A stretch of DNA of 38,155 nt from an uncultured Helicobacter sp. (lineage in GTDB: Bacteria; Campylobacterota; Campylobacteria; Campylobacterales; Arcobacteraceae): the NCBI GenBank assembly GCA_964533335.1, contig CAZHJR010000007.1:1-38155 (forward strand), given 5' to 3'. Shown in pieces: positions 1 through 8,364 of the stretch (positions are counted from its first letter, which is position 1; the number at the start of each line of letters is the position of its first letter). The position numbers and the translations under genes are program-made. A model generated the notes under the pieces. That model saw nothing but the letters and a program-made list of their open reading frames with translations, was not told where the DNA came from and did no database searches.

Positions 1-2
1 AA

Positions 3-68
3 GGAAATAAGGTTGCTGATATAAAAGCAGAAAAAAAGAGTGCTAGATATTCGATGGAATTACCTTAA
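3..68 (+). CDS. 3' end of an unidentified CDS entering from the left edge (partial)
   Basis: Frame 3 is open from the window edge for 21 codons (..GNKVADIKAEKKSARYSMELP) and stops at TAA 66-68, convergent with dapF. Too short to identify. Confidence 0.2.
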   Translation, partial: GNKVADIKAEKKSARYSMELP

Positions 69-77
69 GAAAAAAAC

Positions 78-809
78 TTATTCTATCTCTTTTGATTCAA
101 TAAATTTCACTTGACCCTTAAAATAAAAGACTCCATCCTCTTTTCTAATTGTGAGTTCCTCACCACTTTTTGGATACACTTTAGCACTATTTCCAACAAG
201 TCCAAGGTTTGAAGCTCTTAAAAAAGAAGCTACCATCCCTGTTCCGCAAGCTAGTGTTTCACCCTCTACACCTCGCTCAAATGTACGAACAAAAAGTTTC
301 CCATTTTCCGCTTTTGCAAAGTTTACATTTGCATTGTATTTAGCTCTTAGTCTTGCACACACTTCAAGATTAAAATCATTTAAATCATCTGTCATTATTA
401 CGATATGAGGCACTCCAGTATTTACTATCCAACAAGTAAATCCCTCTTCACTAAATGGCTCTTTTACTTCAAATGGTTTTGTCATTTGAGTCTCTACAAT
501 ATCCCCTTCTATAGTGCAATTTATCTCCCCAGCACCAGTTAAAAACTTCGTAAAACTACCCACGAGTTGATTTGTGTAAGCATAGTGAGCGACCGCTCGT
601 GTTCCATTTCCACACATTGTTGCGGTTGAACCGTCATTGTTATAAAAAAGCCATTCAAAATCATATACAAGATGAGGAACTACTACGATAAGTCCATCAA
701 CTTCCTCTTTTTTGCATAACTCAATCGCTAAACTACTATAATCCTTTCTCTCATTTGTGTGGAAAATCACAAATGTATTTCCACTTGCATCATATTTTGA
801 GTATTTCAT
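78..809 (-). CDS. dapF: diaminopimelate epimerase
   Basis: 243 aa. N-terminus MKYSKYDASGNTFVIF and the two catalytic-Cys contexts MCGNGTR and LACGTG are typical of DapF. Confidence 0.93.
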   Translation of the reverse strand: MKYSKYDASGNTFVIFHTNERKDYSSLAIELCKKEEVDGLIVVVPHLVYDFEWLFYNNDGSTATMCGNGTRAVAHYAYTNQLVGSFTKFLTGAGEINCTIEGDIVETQMTKPFEVKEPFSEEGFTCWIVNTGVPHIVIMTDDLNDFNLEVCARLRAKYNANVNFAKAENGKLFVRTFERGVEGETLACGTGMVASFLRASNLGLVGNSAKVYPKSGEELTIRKEDGVFYFKGQVKFIESKEIE

Positions 810-1374
810 TTTTGACCCTTTCTACTTCAGAAGTTAAATTTTTTAAATCTTTACTATTGTCAATGATAAATGTCGCTAAACTCTTTTTCTCTTCAATATC
901 CATTTGGTTGTTGATTCTGCTGTATGCTGTTAATTCATCGCAATTATCTCTTTTTTGAAGCCTTTGGATTTGAAGTTCTTTTGGAGTATAAACAACGATG
1001 CTTTTTTTTATATCGTAGTTTCCATTTTCAAAAAAAAGTGGAATATCTATCAAATAAGGTTTATTTTTTGCCTCAAAGAGAGAAGCCTCTTTTTGTATCT
1101 CCTCTTTTATAAGTGGATGGATAAAATTCTCTAACTTTTTTTTCTCATCTATATCATTAAAAATAAGATTTCCAAGTTGTTTTCGTAATACTTTCCCATT
1201 TTCCACATACTCTTTCCCAAAAAGTGAAGCTATCTTATCACTATGAATATCGAGTAATTTATGGGCAATTTTATCAGCATCAATCGTTAAAAATCCATGC
1301 AACATAAACAAGTTTGCAACAGTACTTTTCCCTGTTGCTATTCCACCTGTCAAAACTACTGCATTTTTAAACAT
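790..1374 (-). CDS. coaE: dephospho-CoA kinase
   Basis: 194 aa with N-terminal P-loop GGIATGKST and CoaE length/layout. Its 3' end overlaps the dapF start by 20 nt. Confidence 0.9.
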   Translation of the reverse strand: MFKNAVVLTGGIATGKSTVANLFMLHGFLTIDADKIAHKLLDIHSDKIASLFGKEYVENGKVLRKQLGNLIFNDIDEKKKLENFIHPLIKEEIQKEASLFEAKNKPYLIDIPLFFENGNYDIKKSIVVYTPKELQIQRLQKRDNCDELTAYSRINNQMDIEEKKSLATFIIDNSKDLKNLTSEVERVKNEILKI

Positions 1375-1904
1375 TATCTTTTTGCTATTCCTGTAAGTGG
1401 CTTTTGAATGTAGTTTGGAAATACAAACGAAGCATTATGAAGCTCAGTATTGTAATAATTCGCCTCAATAAAATCACTTCTATCTAAAATAATATCAGCT
1501 TGTGGGTGGTATTTTTTGGACGCTAGCACCATCATCCCTGCATCGCTTTTGTAAGGCATAGCTATCCAAAAGTTTTTTGCAATCACCCCTAAATCTTTTT
1601 TCATAGCTTCACTATTTTCATCAAATGAAACTATTTTTGAAGCAAAAATTCCGCACTTCTCTTCTAAACTTCTCATCACATTTGCCATAACCATATCATC
1701 AATCACATCACTATTATAAATCACAATATCAAATTTATCATCAATATTAAGACTATCGCTATAAATTACCTCTACATCATATTTTGCTAACTCATTTTTG
1801 ATAGCATCATCACTCAAAACTACTAAAACTTTTTTTGCATCTTTATGTGTACACATTGGGATATGCACTATCATTTCACTATTAATTGTATTTTTTTCTA
1901 ACAT
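1374..1904 (-). CDS. spermidine synthase-like protein, N-terminally short and motif-degenerate
   Basis: 176 aa. It resembles the C-terminal two thirds of Helicobacter-type SpeE (..KKVLVV.. strand, ..YYNTELHNASFVFPNY.. tail). No Gly-rich dcSAM loop and no N-terminal beta-hairpin domain. Stop overlaps the coaE ATG (TAATG). speE-coaE adjacency matches H. pylori from memory. Confidence 0.5.
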   Translation of the reverse strand: MLEKNTINSEMIVHIPMCTHKDAKKVLVVLSDDAIKNELAKYDVEVIYSDSLNIDDKFDIVIYNSDVIDDMVMANVMRSLEEKCGIFASKIVSFDENSEAMKKDLGVIAKNFWIAMPYKSDAGMMVLASKKYHPQADIILDRSDFIEANYYNTELHNASFVFPNYIQKPLTGIAKR

Positions 1905-1981
1905 CTTTTTTATCCTATTTAATATTTTTGGCTATAGTAACCAAGTTTTTTTAATTCTAACTCAAATTTTATAATTTAGGT

Positions 1982-2458
1982 TTATATAAAAGTTACTATC
2001 AAATGATTAACTAAAGCTGTACATAATCCAGCAAATACTCCAGCAACTACATCATCACCCATCACACCCATTCCACCACCAACATCCCTATCAATTCTTC
2101 CAATAATAGATGGCTTCCAAATATCAAAAATACGAAAAAAGAAAAAAGCAACCAATCCAAGAAAATAACCTTCGCTTGTCACTCCACTAATACTCATAGC
2201 AATCCACATTCCAGCAAGTTCATCTATCACAATCTCGCTATTATCGTGTGTTCCAACCTCTTTTTCATAGATATTTATCTCTTTTATTGCGATTACTGTT
2301 ATCAAAAGGGAAAGTAAAAAAAGTGTCGCTGGTTCAAAGAATGCAAGTACCACAAATCCTAAAATAAGTGCCACAAAACTCCCCACCGTTCCTGGTGCTT
2401 TTTTGGACAATCCACTATAAAAAAGGGTTAAAAATATTTTTCTCATCTCTTGACTCAT
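1982..2458 (-). CDS. pgpA: phosphatidylglycerophosphatase A
   Basis: 158 aa with APGTVGS, DELAGMW, FRIFDIWKP and GGMGVMGDDVVAG motifs that align along the length of E. coli PgpA. Confidence 0.9.
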   Translation of the reverse strand: MSQEMRKIFLTLFYSGLSKKAPGTVGSFVALILGFVVLAFFEPATLFLLSLLITVIAIKEINIYEKEVGTHDNSEIVIDELAGMWIAMSISGVTSEGYFLGLVAFFFFRIFDIWKPSIIGRIDRDVGGGMGVMGDDVVAGVFAGLCTALVNHLIVTFI

Positions 2459-3339
2459 AGTTTATCTTTCTCAATTCCAAATTTTTTTCTTTTTTCCCAA
2501 AGTGATTTTCTACTAATCCCCAGTTTTTTACTGAGTTCAGTATCTGGATAATTATTTTGAAAATTTAAAACCATCATCTTTACATACTCATTGATTGTCA
2601 AAATTGTATCATTTTGTGCAGCTCTTACCTCTTTTTTAATTATTGTCTTCTCGTATGGAAAGTTTTCAACACTATCTAAAGAACAAAGTATCACATCCAA
2701 ATCTTTGATATTTTTAAGTAATAACTCTTTTGAACTATTTTTAATATTATGAAAATCATAAATATAAATCAATTTATCTTTACAATTTGAAAAATCAAAT
2801 TTAAACTCTCGCATTAAAGAAACAAATTCTATCCCTTTTTTCATTTTTCTTGAGAGTTCAAATACTATTTTATCTGCCTCTTTTTGATCATTAGTTTCTA
2901 TAAGATGTGGAAATTTAGAAGGGAGATTAAGTGTTTGTGCTGTTGATTGAAATAGAAAATTCATATAATCTTCAAGGGCTTTATTTTGAAACTGAAGCCT
3001 CTTAAATTCCTCATAGTGTTTAATTTTTCTAATCAATTCATCGATACTAAAAGGTTTTAAAACATAATCACTTGCACCTGCTTTGAGTGGTCTTGTAACT
3101 GTTGCATCACTTACATAAGAAACCAAGAGGATAATAGTACTTCCTAAATATTTTTTAATAATATCTTCAGTATTTCCCACTGGAACATTTGTAGAGAGCA
3201 ACACTGTATCATAGGTTCTAGAATTATCAACCTCTACAATAGAAGCATAATGATTTACATTATAGCCATCATCTTGCAACTTTGAAGTTACCTTTTGTGC
3301 CAAATAAATATCATCCTCTAAAATTAAAACATTTAGCAT
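2455..3339 (-). CDS. cemR: atypical (non-phosphorylatable) orphan response regulator, HP1021/Cj1608 (CemR) family
   Basis: 294 aa. The receiver-like N-terminus (LILEDD, ..YVLKPF) has Ser49 (TCT, 3193-3195) where the phospho-acceptor Asp should be (VLLSTNVP). The C-terminus is a Fis-type HTH (LSKKLGISRKSLWEKRKKFGI). It sits immediately downstream of ispDF, as HP1021 and Cj1608 do. Stop overlaps the pgpA ATG (ATGA). Confidence 0.6.
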   Translation of the reverse strand: MLNVLILEDDIYLAQKVTSKLQDDGYNVNHYASIVEVDNSRTYDTVLLSTNVPVGNTEDIIKKYLGSTIILLVSYVSDATVTRPLKAGASDYVLKPFSIDELIRKIKHYEEFKRLQFQNKALEDYMNFLFQSTAQTLNLPSKFPHLIETNDQKEADKIVFELSRKMKKGIEFVSLMREFKFDFSNCKDKLIYIYDFHNIKNSSKELLLKNIKDLDVILCSLDSVENFPYEKTIIKKEVRAAQNDTILTINEYVKMMVLNFQNNYPDTELSKKLGISRKSLWEKRKKFGIEKDKL

Positions 3340-3398
3340 TTGGCACCTCTAAGTTGTGCCAAATAAATATCATCCTCTAAAATTAAAACATTTAACAT
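3333..3398 (-). CDS. 21-codon upstream ORF / leader peptide (MLNVLILEDDIYLAQLRGAKC) formed by the duplicated 5' end of the regulator gene
   Basis: Its ATG 3396-3398 overlaps the ispDF TGA (TGATG). Its TAA 3333-3335 overlaps the regulator ATG 3337-3339 (ATGCTAA). Whether it is translated is not shown by sequence alone. Confidence 0.35.
   Translation of the reverse strand: MLNVLILEDDIYLAQLRGAKC
3338..3364 (-). promoter_or_regulatory. RNA stem-loop occluding the regulator start codon
   Basis: On the - strand AUUUGGCAC (3364-3356) is complementary to GUGCCAAAU (3346-3338), with the 9-nt loop AACUUAGAG. The 3' arm carries the end of the AGAGGUG SD and the AU of the AUG. Confidence 0.4.
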
Positions 3399-4519
3399 CA
3401 ATTACTCCAATCATAATATTTTAAATTTGCTACACTCTGAACCATCACACCCTCTTTTCTCCCTACAAAACCTAACTCTTCCCCAGTTGTTGCTTTAATA
3501 TTTACTTTGTAAATTGGTAATCCTAAAAGTGTTGCTAGTGATTTTTTAATCTCTATTTTATATGGATTTATTTTTGGTACTTGAGCCAATATTGTCACAT
3601 CAACATTAACGATACGAAAACCAACATTCTTGATAAATTTTACAATCTCTTGCAATAAAATTTTAGAATCTACCCCTTTATATTTCATATCAGTATCAGG
3701 GAAAAATTCTCCAATATCTCCAGCACCACAAGCCCCCAAAAGAGCATCTATGATACTATGGATAAGGACATCTCCATCGCTATGAGCTTTAAATCCAAAC
3801 TCACTTTTTATCTCCACTCCACCTAAAAACATTTTTTTGCCACTAACAAACGGATGGATATCAAGCCCCGTCCCAACAAAAAAATCTTTTGAAGGTTTTG
3901 GTAAACAAGTTACCTTAGAGAGCTCCTCTCCAAATGTAAGCTTAATAGATTGCGGTGATCCTTCTACATACAATACACTCCCACCAATACTTTTAATCGC
4001 ACTACTATCGTCTGTAAAAAGTTTTTCCTGTGCCATTGCCTCTTGTAGTTTTGAAGTAAGACTAAGTTGTGGAGTTTGAATAAGTTTTATCATTTCACGA
4101 TTCATTGTTTCATTTTCATACACAACAGTATCTGCAGATGTTAGATACGGAACAATGCAATCTGCTTTTTCTTTATTCATATAAAGTCTATTAATCACAT
4201 CTTTTGGTATGCAACATCTTGCAACATCCGTTACCATCACATATTTTGATGTTACCTTTTGTAAACCATTTGCAATAGAGTTTTGTCTTTCGTCGCCACC
4301 AGCAACAAAACTATACTCATCACTAAAGTTTTGCATATATTTAAGCTCATCTTGATGAGCTACGATGATAATCTTTTCAAACTTTTGGTAACTTTCAAGC
4401 TTTTTTGTAACATAAAGCCAAAGAGGAACATCATCACACCGTATCCATTGTTTTTTTGGCTCCATAGCAAATCTAGTAGAGTTCCCAGCACATAATACTA
4501 TCAAAGTTGTATCAAGCAA
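3398..4519 (-). CDS. ispDF: bifunctional 2-C-methyl-D-erythritol 4-phosphate cytidylyltransferase / MEcPP synthase
   Basis: 373 aa. IspD-type N-terminus (LCAGNSTRF) fused to an IspF C-terminus (AHSDGDVLIHSIIDALLGA). TTG start with an AAGGA SD 8 nt upstream. Confidence 0.93.
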   Translation of the reverse strand: MLDTTLIVLCAGNSTRFAMEPKKQWIRCDDVPLWLYVTKKLESYQKFEKIIIVAHQDELKYMQNFSDEYSFVAGGDERQNSIANGLQKVTSKYVMVTDVARCCIPKDVINRLYMNKEKADCIVPYLTSADTVVYENETMNREMIKLIQTPQLSLTSKLQEAMAQEKLFTDDSSAIKSIGGSVLYVEGSPQSIKLTFGEELSKVTCLPKPSKDFFVGTGLDIHPFVSGKKMFLGGVEIKSEFGFKAHSDGDVLIHSIIDALLGACGAGDIGEFFPDTDMKYKGVDSKILLQEIVKFIKNVGFRIVNVDVTILAQVPKINPYKIEIKKSLATLLGLPIYKVNIKATTGEELGFVGRKEGVMVQSVANLKYYDWSN

Positions 4520-4570
4520 TCATCTATCCTTCATCTATAAAATTATCTTTAGTGTGTAAAAAAGTTACGG

Positions 4571-4576
4571 ATTATA
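4571..4576 (-). promoter_or_regulatory. putative -10 box (TATAAT) for ispDF operon
   Basis: The reverse complement of attata is TATAAT, about 50 nt upstream of the ispDF start in an AT-rich spacer. Prediction only. Confidence 0.35.
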
Positions 4577-4610
4577 GTAAAATCAACCTTTAAGATTATT
4601 ATAATTGCAA

Positions 4611-5288
4611 TCAAATTGTAACAAATACCACTTCAAATGAGAGATAATCTAAATTATAATTTTTATAAAGTTTTTTCGCCTCTTTAAATGTAAGTTTATT
4701 CTCTCCACTCACACCTGAGTTTTTTATATAATCAAAAAGTTCCTTTTTATTTTCAAAATACAATTTGTACTCAACCACCTCAAAAGTTGCTCCATAAAGG
4801 GAAAAAACCTTTTGTATCTCTTCCAAACTTAAAATAGACTTCTCTTGTTCGGTAATCTCATATATCTCTTTAAATGTATTTGAAGTAAATAAAACACCTT
4901 TAAAATGTTTCGTTTTTGGCAATATAGCCTCAAGGAGAAGTGAAATATTTTTAGACCATTGAAGAGCTGATGATGAAATTATCAAATCATAGGTGTCATT
5001 TTGTATCTCTTCTCGAAAAGAAGAACTATCAAAATCAAAACATTTAACAGTTAAATTATCACTTTTTGGATGTATTTCACACATTTTATGTGAAAAGTCA
5101 ATTGCTTTGTAGCTATCAAATTTCCAATTTATCTCTCTAAAAATTTGACCACTTCCACAACCAAGCTCTAATATTTTTTTTGGTTCATTAGTAATTTCTC
5201 TTACTATTGCTTTTGATACTATCCGTTGGATAATATTGTTATCATCATAATCTTTGGCATATCTTGTAAATTGATTTTTAATACTCAT
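4611..5288 (-). CDS. bioC: class I SAM-dependent methyltransferase, BioC-like (malonyl-ACP O-methyltransferase)
   Basis: 225 aa. FTRYAKDYDDNNIIQR N-terminus, ILELGCGSG SAM motif, DFSHKM, and DLIISSSALQW matching the BioC SNLAVQW region. Confidence 0.6.
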   Translation of the reverse strand: MSIKNQFTRYAKDYDDNNIIQRIVSKAIVREITNEPKKILELGCGSGQIFREINWKFDSYKAIDFSHKMCEIHPKSDNLTVKCFDFDSSSFREEIQNDTYDLIISSSALQWSKNISLLLEAILPKTKHFKGVLFTSNTFKEIYEITEQEKSILSLEEIQKVFSLYGATFEVVEYKLYFENKKELFDYIKNSGVSGENKLTFKEAKKLYKNYNLDYLSFEVVFVTI

Positions 5289-5319
5289 ACAAAATTTTAT
5301 CTTTATGTTAGTATGTTTT

Positions 5320-5328
5320 TGATAAAAT
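5320..5328 (+). promoter_or_regulatory. putative extended -10 promoter (TGaTAAAAT) for secG
   Basis: TGATAAAAT lies about 30 nt upstream of the secG ATG after a T-rich tract. Prediction only. Confidence 0.4.
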
Positions 5329-5359
5329 TCGCGAAATTTCTAAAAAATAGGACACCTAA

Positions 5360-5734
5360 ATGGCATCAACATTATTGATAATACAACTTGTTTTAACTAT
5401 TCTAATCATCATTGCAGTACTTTTACAAAAAAGTTCAAGTATGGGGCTTGGAGCTTACAGTGGAGGTAATGATACTATGTTTGGAGCAAAAGGACCAGCT
5501 AATTTTCTTGTAAAAATTACATTTGTTTTAGGAGCATTGTTTGTTATTAACACAATAGCACTAGGATATACATACAATCAAGAAAGACAAAAAAGTGTTG
5601 TGGATACTCTTAATGCAAATTCTCTTATTCCACAAGTTCCAAATCATCCAGCAGTTGCACCAGTAGCACCGACACTTCCTACTACAGATGCACCAGTTGT
5701 TCCAAGTGCCCCAATAGCACCTGCTACAAAATAA
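5360..5734 (+). CDS. secG: preprotein translocase subunit SecG
   Basis: 124 aa with two TM segments. LLQKSSSMGLGAYSGG..MFGAKG is the SecG signature loop. Pro/Ala-rich tail. Confidence 0.88.
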   Translation: MASTLLIIQLVLTILIIIAVLLQKSSSMGLGAYSGGNDTMFGAKGPANFLVKITFVLGALFVINTIALGYTYNQERQKSVVDTLNANSLIPQVPNHPAVAPVAPTLPTTDAPVVPSAPIAPATK

Positions 5735-5766
5735 TTTTTTGAGATATTGATTCCTATCTCAAAAAA
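5735..5766 (+). terminator. AT-rich hairpin between secG and frr (weak terminator or processing site)
   Basis: ttttttgagata (5735-5746) pairs with tatctcaaaaaa (5755-5766) across an 8-nt loop. Only a short T run (tttc) follows. Confidence 0.3.
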
Positions 5767-5802
5767 TTTCAATTAATTCAAATTTAAAATCAAGGAGAAA
5801 AA

Positions 5803-6360
5803 ATGTTAAATGATATTTATAGCGAAACAAAAACAGCTATGGAGAAAAGTATTGAAGCTTTAAAAAGAGACTATCAAACTCTAAGAACTGGAAAAGTAAA
5901 TCCAGCTATTTTAGATAATGTAACGGTTGATTATTATGGAAGCAAAACAGGACTTGCTCAAGTAGCTCAAATTTTAACTCCAGATGCAACAACTATCAAA
6001 ATCACACCTTGGGAAAAAGGTCTTATTGGAGCAATTGAAAAAGCTATCCAAATTGCAAATATTGGAGTAAATCCAAATAATAATGGAGAATGTGTACAAT
6101 TATTCTTCCCACCTATGACAGTTGATCAAAGAAAAGAGAGTGCAAAAGGTGCTAAAGTTATGACTGATAATGCAAAAGTAGCTATCAGAAATATCAGAAA
6201 AAATAGCAATGACAAAATCAAAAAACTTCAAAAAGACAAAATTATCACTGATGATGAAACAAAAAAAGCTGAAGCTGAAGTGCAAAAAATTACAGATGCT
6301 TTTATCGTAAAGGCTGATGATACATTCAAAGCTAAAGAAGCTGAAATCTTAAAGGTATAA
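5803..6360 (+). CDS. frr: ribosome recycling factor
   Basis: 185 aa with an RRF-type sequence throughout ([20 protein letters not shown].., [15 protein letters not shown]). Strong GGAG SD. Confidence 0.93.
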   Translation: MLNDIYSETKTAMEKSIEALKRDYQTLRTGKVNPAILDNVTVDYYGSKTGLAQVAQILTPDATTIKITPWEKGLIGAIEKAIQIANIGVNPNNNGECVQLFFPPMTVDQRKESAKGAKVMTDNAKVAIRNIRKNSNDKIKKLQKDKIITDDETKKAEAEVQKITDAFIVKADDTFKAKEAEILKV

Positions 6361-6971
6361 TGATGAATATCGAACAAATATACAAAGACTCAAATGCACT
6401 TTTAACTGGTCACTTTAAACTGAGTTCAGGTAACCACTCAAGAAACTACCTTCAAAGTGCAAAAGTGCTCGAAGACCCAAAAACTGCAAGAATTTTAGCA
6501 GAAGCACTCGCAGAGCAAATAAAAGAAAGCGGTATCGAAATAGATGCTGTTTGCTCACCTGCTCTTGGTGGACTCATCGCTGGATTTGCACTTGCAACTG
6601 CACTTGATGTAAGATTTATTTTTGCAGAGAGAGTTGAAGGGGAAATGAATATACGAAGAGGTTTTGAAGTAAAAGCTGGTGAGAAATACCTTGTATGTGA
6701 AGATATCATCACAACTGGTGGAAGTGCATTAGAAGCAGCACGTCAAATCGAGCTTGCAGGTGGAATCATCGTAGGCTATGCAGCTTTAGCAAATAGAGGA
6801 TTTTGTGTACGAAGTGGCGTTGCAGGTGAGCCAAAAGCAAACTGCAAACTTCCTGCAAATGTGCCACTTTTTGCACTAGAAGATTTTACATTTGAGATGT
6901 ATGCTCCTGAAAACTGCCCTATGTGTAAAGAGGGAAGCATAGCTATTAAACCAGGAAGTAGAGGGAATTAA
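6360..6971 (+). CDS. pyrE: orotate phosphoribosyltransferase
   Basis: 203 aa with PRPP-binding loop [14 protein letters not shown] overlaps the frr TAA (TAATG). Confidence 0.9.
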   Translation: MMNIEQIYKDSNALLTGHFKLSSGNHSRNYLQSAKVLEDPKTARILAEALAEQIKESGIEIDAVCSPALGGLIAGFALATALDVRFIFAERVEGEMNIRRGFEVKAGEKYLVCEDIITTGGSALEAARQIELAGGIIVGYAALANRGFCVRSGVAGEPKANCKLPANVPLFALEDFTFEMYAPENCPMCKEGSIAIKPGSRGN

Positions 6972-7011
6972 TCTCTAAGACTTCCTTCTATCCCTTAAGA
7001 TTATTTTCTTT

Positions 7012-7761
7012 TTAAATAATTCCCCTCTCCCAACCAAACTCCCCAAATATTCTTTTAAAATCATTATCAAATGGTGCTTGTATCGTAAGTTCTTTTTCTA
7101 AAATTGGATGGACAAAGTTGACCTCTATTGCATGTAAAAGGAGTCTATTTATCTCAAACTGTTCTCTAAAAAACTTATTATGTTCCCCTCGTCCATGTTT
7201 TGTATCTCCAACTATATGGTGTGAGATATGTTTGAGATGGCGACGAAGCTGGTGTTTTCTTCCTGTTTTTGGGTTTAGTTTTACAAGGGAATATCTTGTT
7301 GTAGGATATTTATCTACTAAAATAGGTAAAGTCACAGCAGCTACTCTTTGAAACTCTGTTTGTGCATCTTGAGCCTCTTTGGTAATCCCTGCTAATTTTT
7401 GCTCTTTTGTATCAAGCATTTGAGAAAGTGGATGGTCAATCAAACCAAACTCTGGGGTATGTCCTCTTGTGATTGCCACATAAGTTTTAGCAACACTTCC
7501 ATCTTCAAACATTTTTGAAAAGGCTTGTGCTGTTTCTTGATTGAGTGCAAACAAAAGTACCCCAGAAGTTGGTTTATCAAGTCTATGGATTGGATAGACA
7601 TATTGCCCTATTTGGTCTCGTACTATTTGCAAAGCGAATCTTGTTTCATGTTTATCGATTGGTGATTTATGTACAAGAAGTCCTGATGGCTTATTGACTG
7701 CTATAAGATACTCATCTTGATAGAGAACTTCAAGAATTTCTTTTTTCCCATTTTCTTCCAT
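7012..7761 (-). CDS. truC: tRNA pseudouridine(65) synthase TruC
   Basis: 249 aa. Aligns along its whole length to E. coli TruC: ILYQDEYLIAVNKPSG, HRLDKPTSGVLLFA (catalytic Asp), YPTTRYSLVKLNPKTGRKHQLRRHL. Confidence 0.88.
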   Translation of the reverse strand: MEENGKKEILEVLYQDEYLIAVNKPSGLLVHKSPIDKHETRFALQIVRDQIGQYVYPIHRLDKPTSGVLLFALNQETAQAFSKMFEDGSVAKTYVAITRGHTPEFGLIDHPLSQMLDTKEQKLAGITKEAQDAQTEFQRVAAVTLPILVDKYPTTRYSLVKLNPKTGRKHQLRRHLKHISHHIVGDTKHGRGEHNKFFREQFEINRLLLHAIEVNFVHPILEKELTIQAPFDNDFKRIFGEFGWERGII

Positions 7762-7814
7762 TATTATCCCTCATATTTAGCTGAATGGTATTATTTCCAA
7801 ATAAAGTAAACCTA

Positions 7815-7823
7815 TGATAAAAT
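7815..7823 (+). promoter_or_regulatory. putative extended -10 promoter (TGaTAAAAT)
   Basis: TGATAAAAT lies about 34 nt upstream of the RDD-protein start. Prediction only. Confidence 0.4.
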
Positions 7824-7857
7824 CGCCCTTCAAATTAGTAAACAAAAAGGTGAACAA

Positions 7858-8349
7858 GTGGCTAGATGGAGAGATGTAAAAAAAGGTAAAATAGAAAAGC
7901 ACAACCATTCACAAAATGAAGCTGAAAAAAATCTTTGTGATGCACCCCTTATGGCTCGATTTAAAGCTTTTATCACCGATAGTTTTATGTTGCTCATGCC
8001 TTTGATGTATATCGTATTTTATTTTATTATGGGGAGTCGTGAAGCATTTGCTGAAGATAAATTTAACGGCTGGCTTTATATCTTTATCCCCCATCTTATT
8101 ATTGTTATTTCATTTTGGTATTTTAAAGGGCAAACCCCAGGGATGAAAGCTTATGAAATAGCAGTAGTTAATACTCAAAGTTGCAAAAAACCTTTTGCCT
8201 TTAGATTTGTAAGTCGATATATTTTTATGACCTTATCACTATTTCTTATCATTCCCCTTTTCGTTCCGTTTTTAAATAAAAGAAGAAGAACCCTTTGGGA
8301 TATCTTCTCAGGAACTTGTGTCAAAGTTCTTCCAAATGATATACACTAA
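7858..8349 (+). CDS. RDD family membrane protein
   Basis: 163 aa. ARFKAFITDSFML opening, three TM segments and a C-terminal R..WD motif (RRTLWDIFSGT) are typical of RDD domains. GTG start with AAGGTG SD. Confidence 0.6.
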   Translation: MARWRDVKKGKIEKHNHSQNEAEKNLCDAPLMARFKAFITDSFMLLMPLMYIVFYFIMGSREAFAEDKFNGWLYIFIPHLIIVISFWYFKGQTPGMKAYEIAVVNTQSCKKPFAFRFVSRYIFMTLSLFLIIPLFVPFLNKRRRTLWDIFSGTCVKVLPNDIH

Positions 8350-8364
8350 AATTGTACTACTCTA

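Larger units (their letters stand above)
3295..3398. repeat. two 45-nt direct repeats (3295-3339 and 3354-3398), 44/45 identical, separated by a 14-nt spacer
   Basis: Read directly: ttgtgccaaataaatatcatcctctaaaattaaaacattta[g/a]cat occurs twice. Each copy is the reverse complement of ATG plus the first 14 codons of the regulator gene. Confidence 0.95.

Noticed and set aside
151-408. Antisense and alternative-frame ORFs inside well-supported genes. Examples: 151-408, 755-958, 924-1112, 3837-4079, 4283-4495, 6100-6285, 6452-6712, 7118-7351, 7909-8094, 12630-12824, 15515-15748, 16009-16209, 17558-17767, 18450-18632, 19465-19728, 21036-21317, 21504-21719, 26591-26785, 28000-28831, 33058-33357, 34205-34579, 35683-35907, 36316-36591, 37087-37455, 37843-38037.
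   Set aside because: Each lies entirely within, and opposite or out of frame to, a gene with strong family motifs. Their products are low-complexity and Ser/Phe/Leu/Ile-rich, as expected from reading AT-rich coding DNA in the wrong frame. None has an SD or promoter context.
3295-3398. The 45-nt direct repeat as a CRISPR fragment, an IS terminal repeat or an att site
   Set aside because: There are only two copies and the 14-nt spacer is far shorter than a typical CRISPR spacer. There are no cas, transposase or integrase genes, and the repeat is simply the 5' coding end of the adjacent gene. It is treated instead as a local duplication with regulatory potential.
5635-5734. Pro/Ala-rich C-terminal tail of SecG as an unusual fusion or repeat
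   Set aside because: E. coli SecG also ends in a Pro/Ala/Thr-rich tail, so this is a normal feature of the family.
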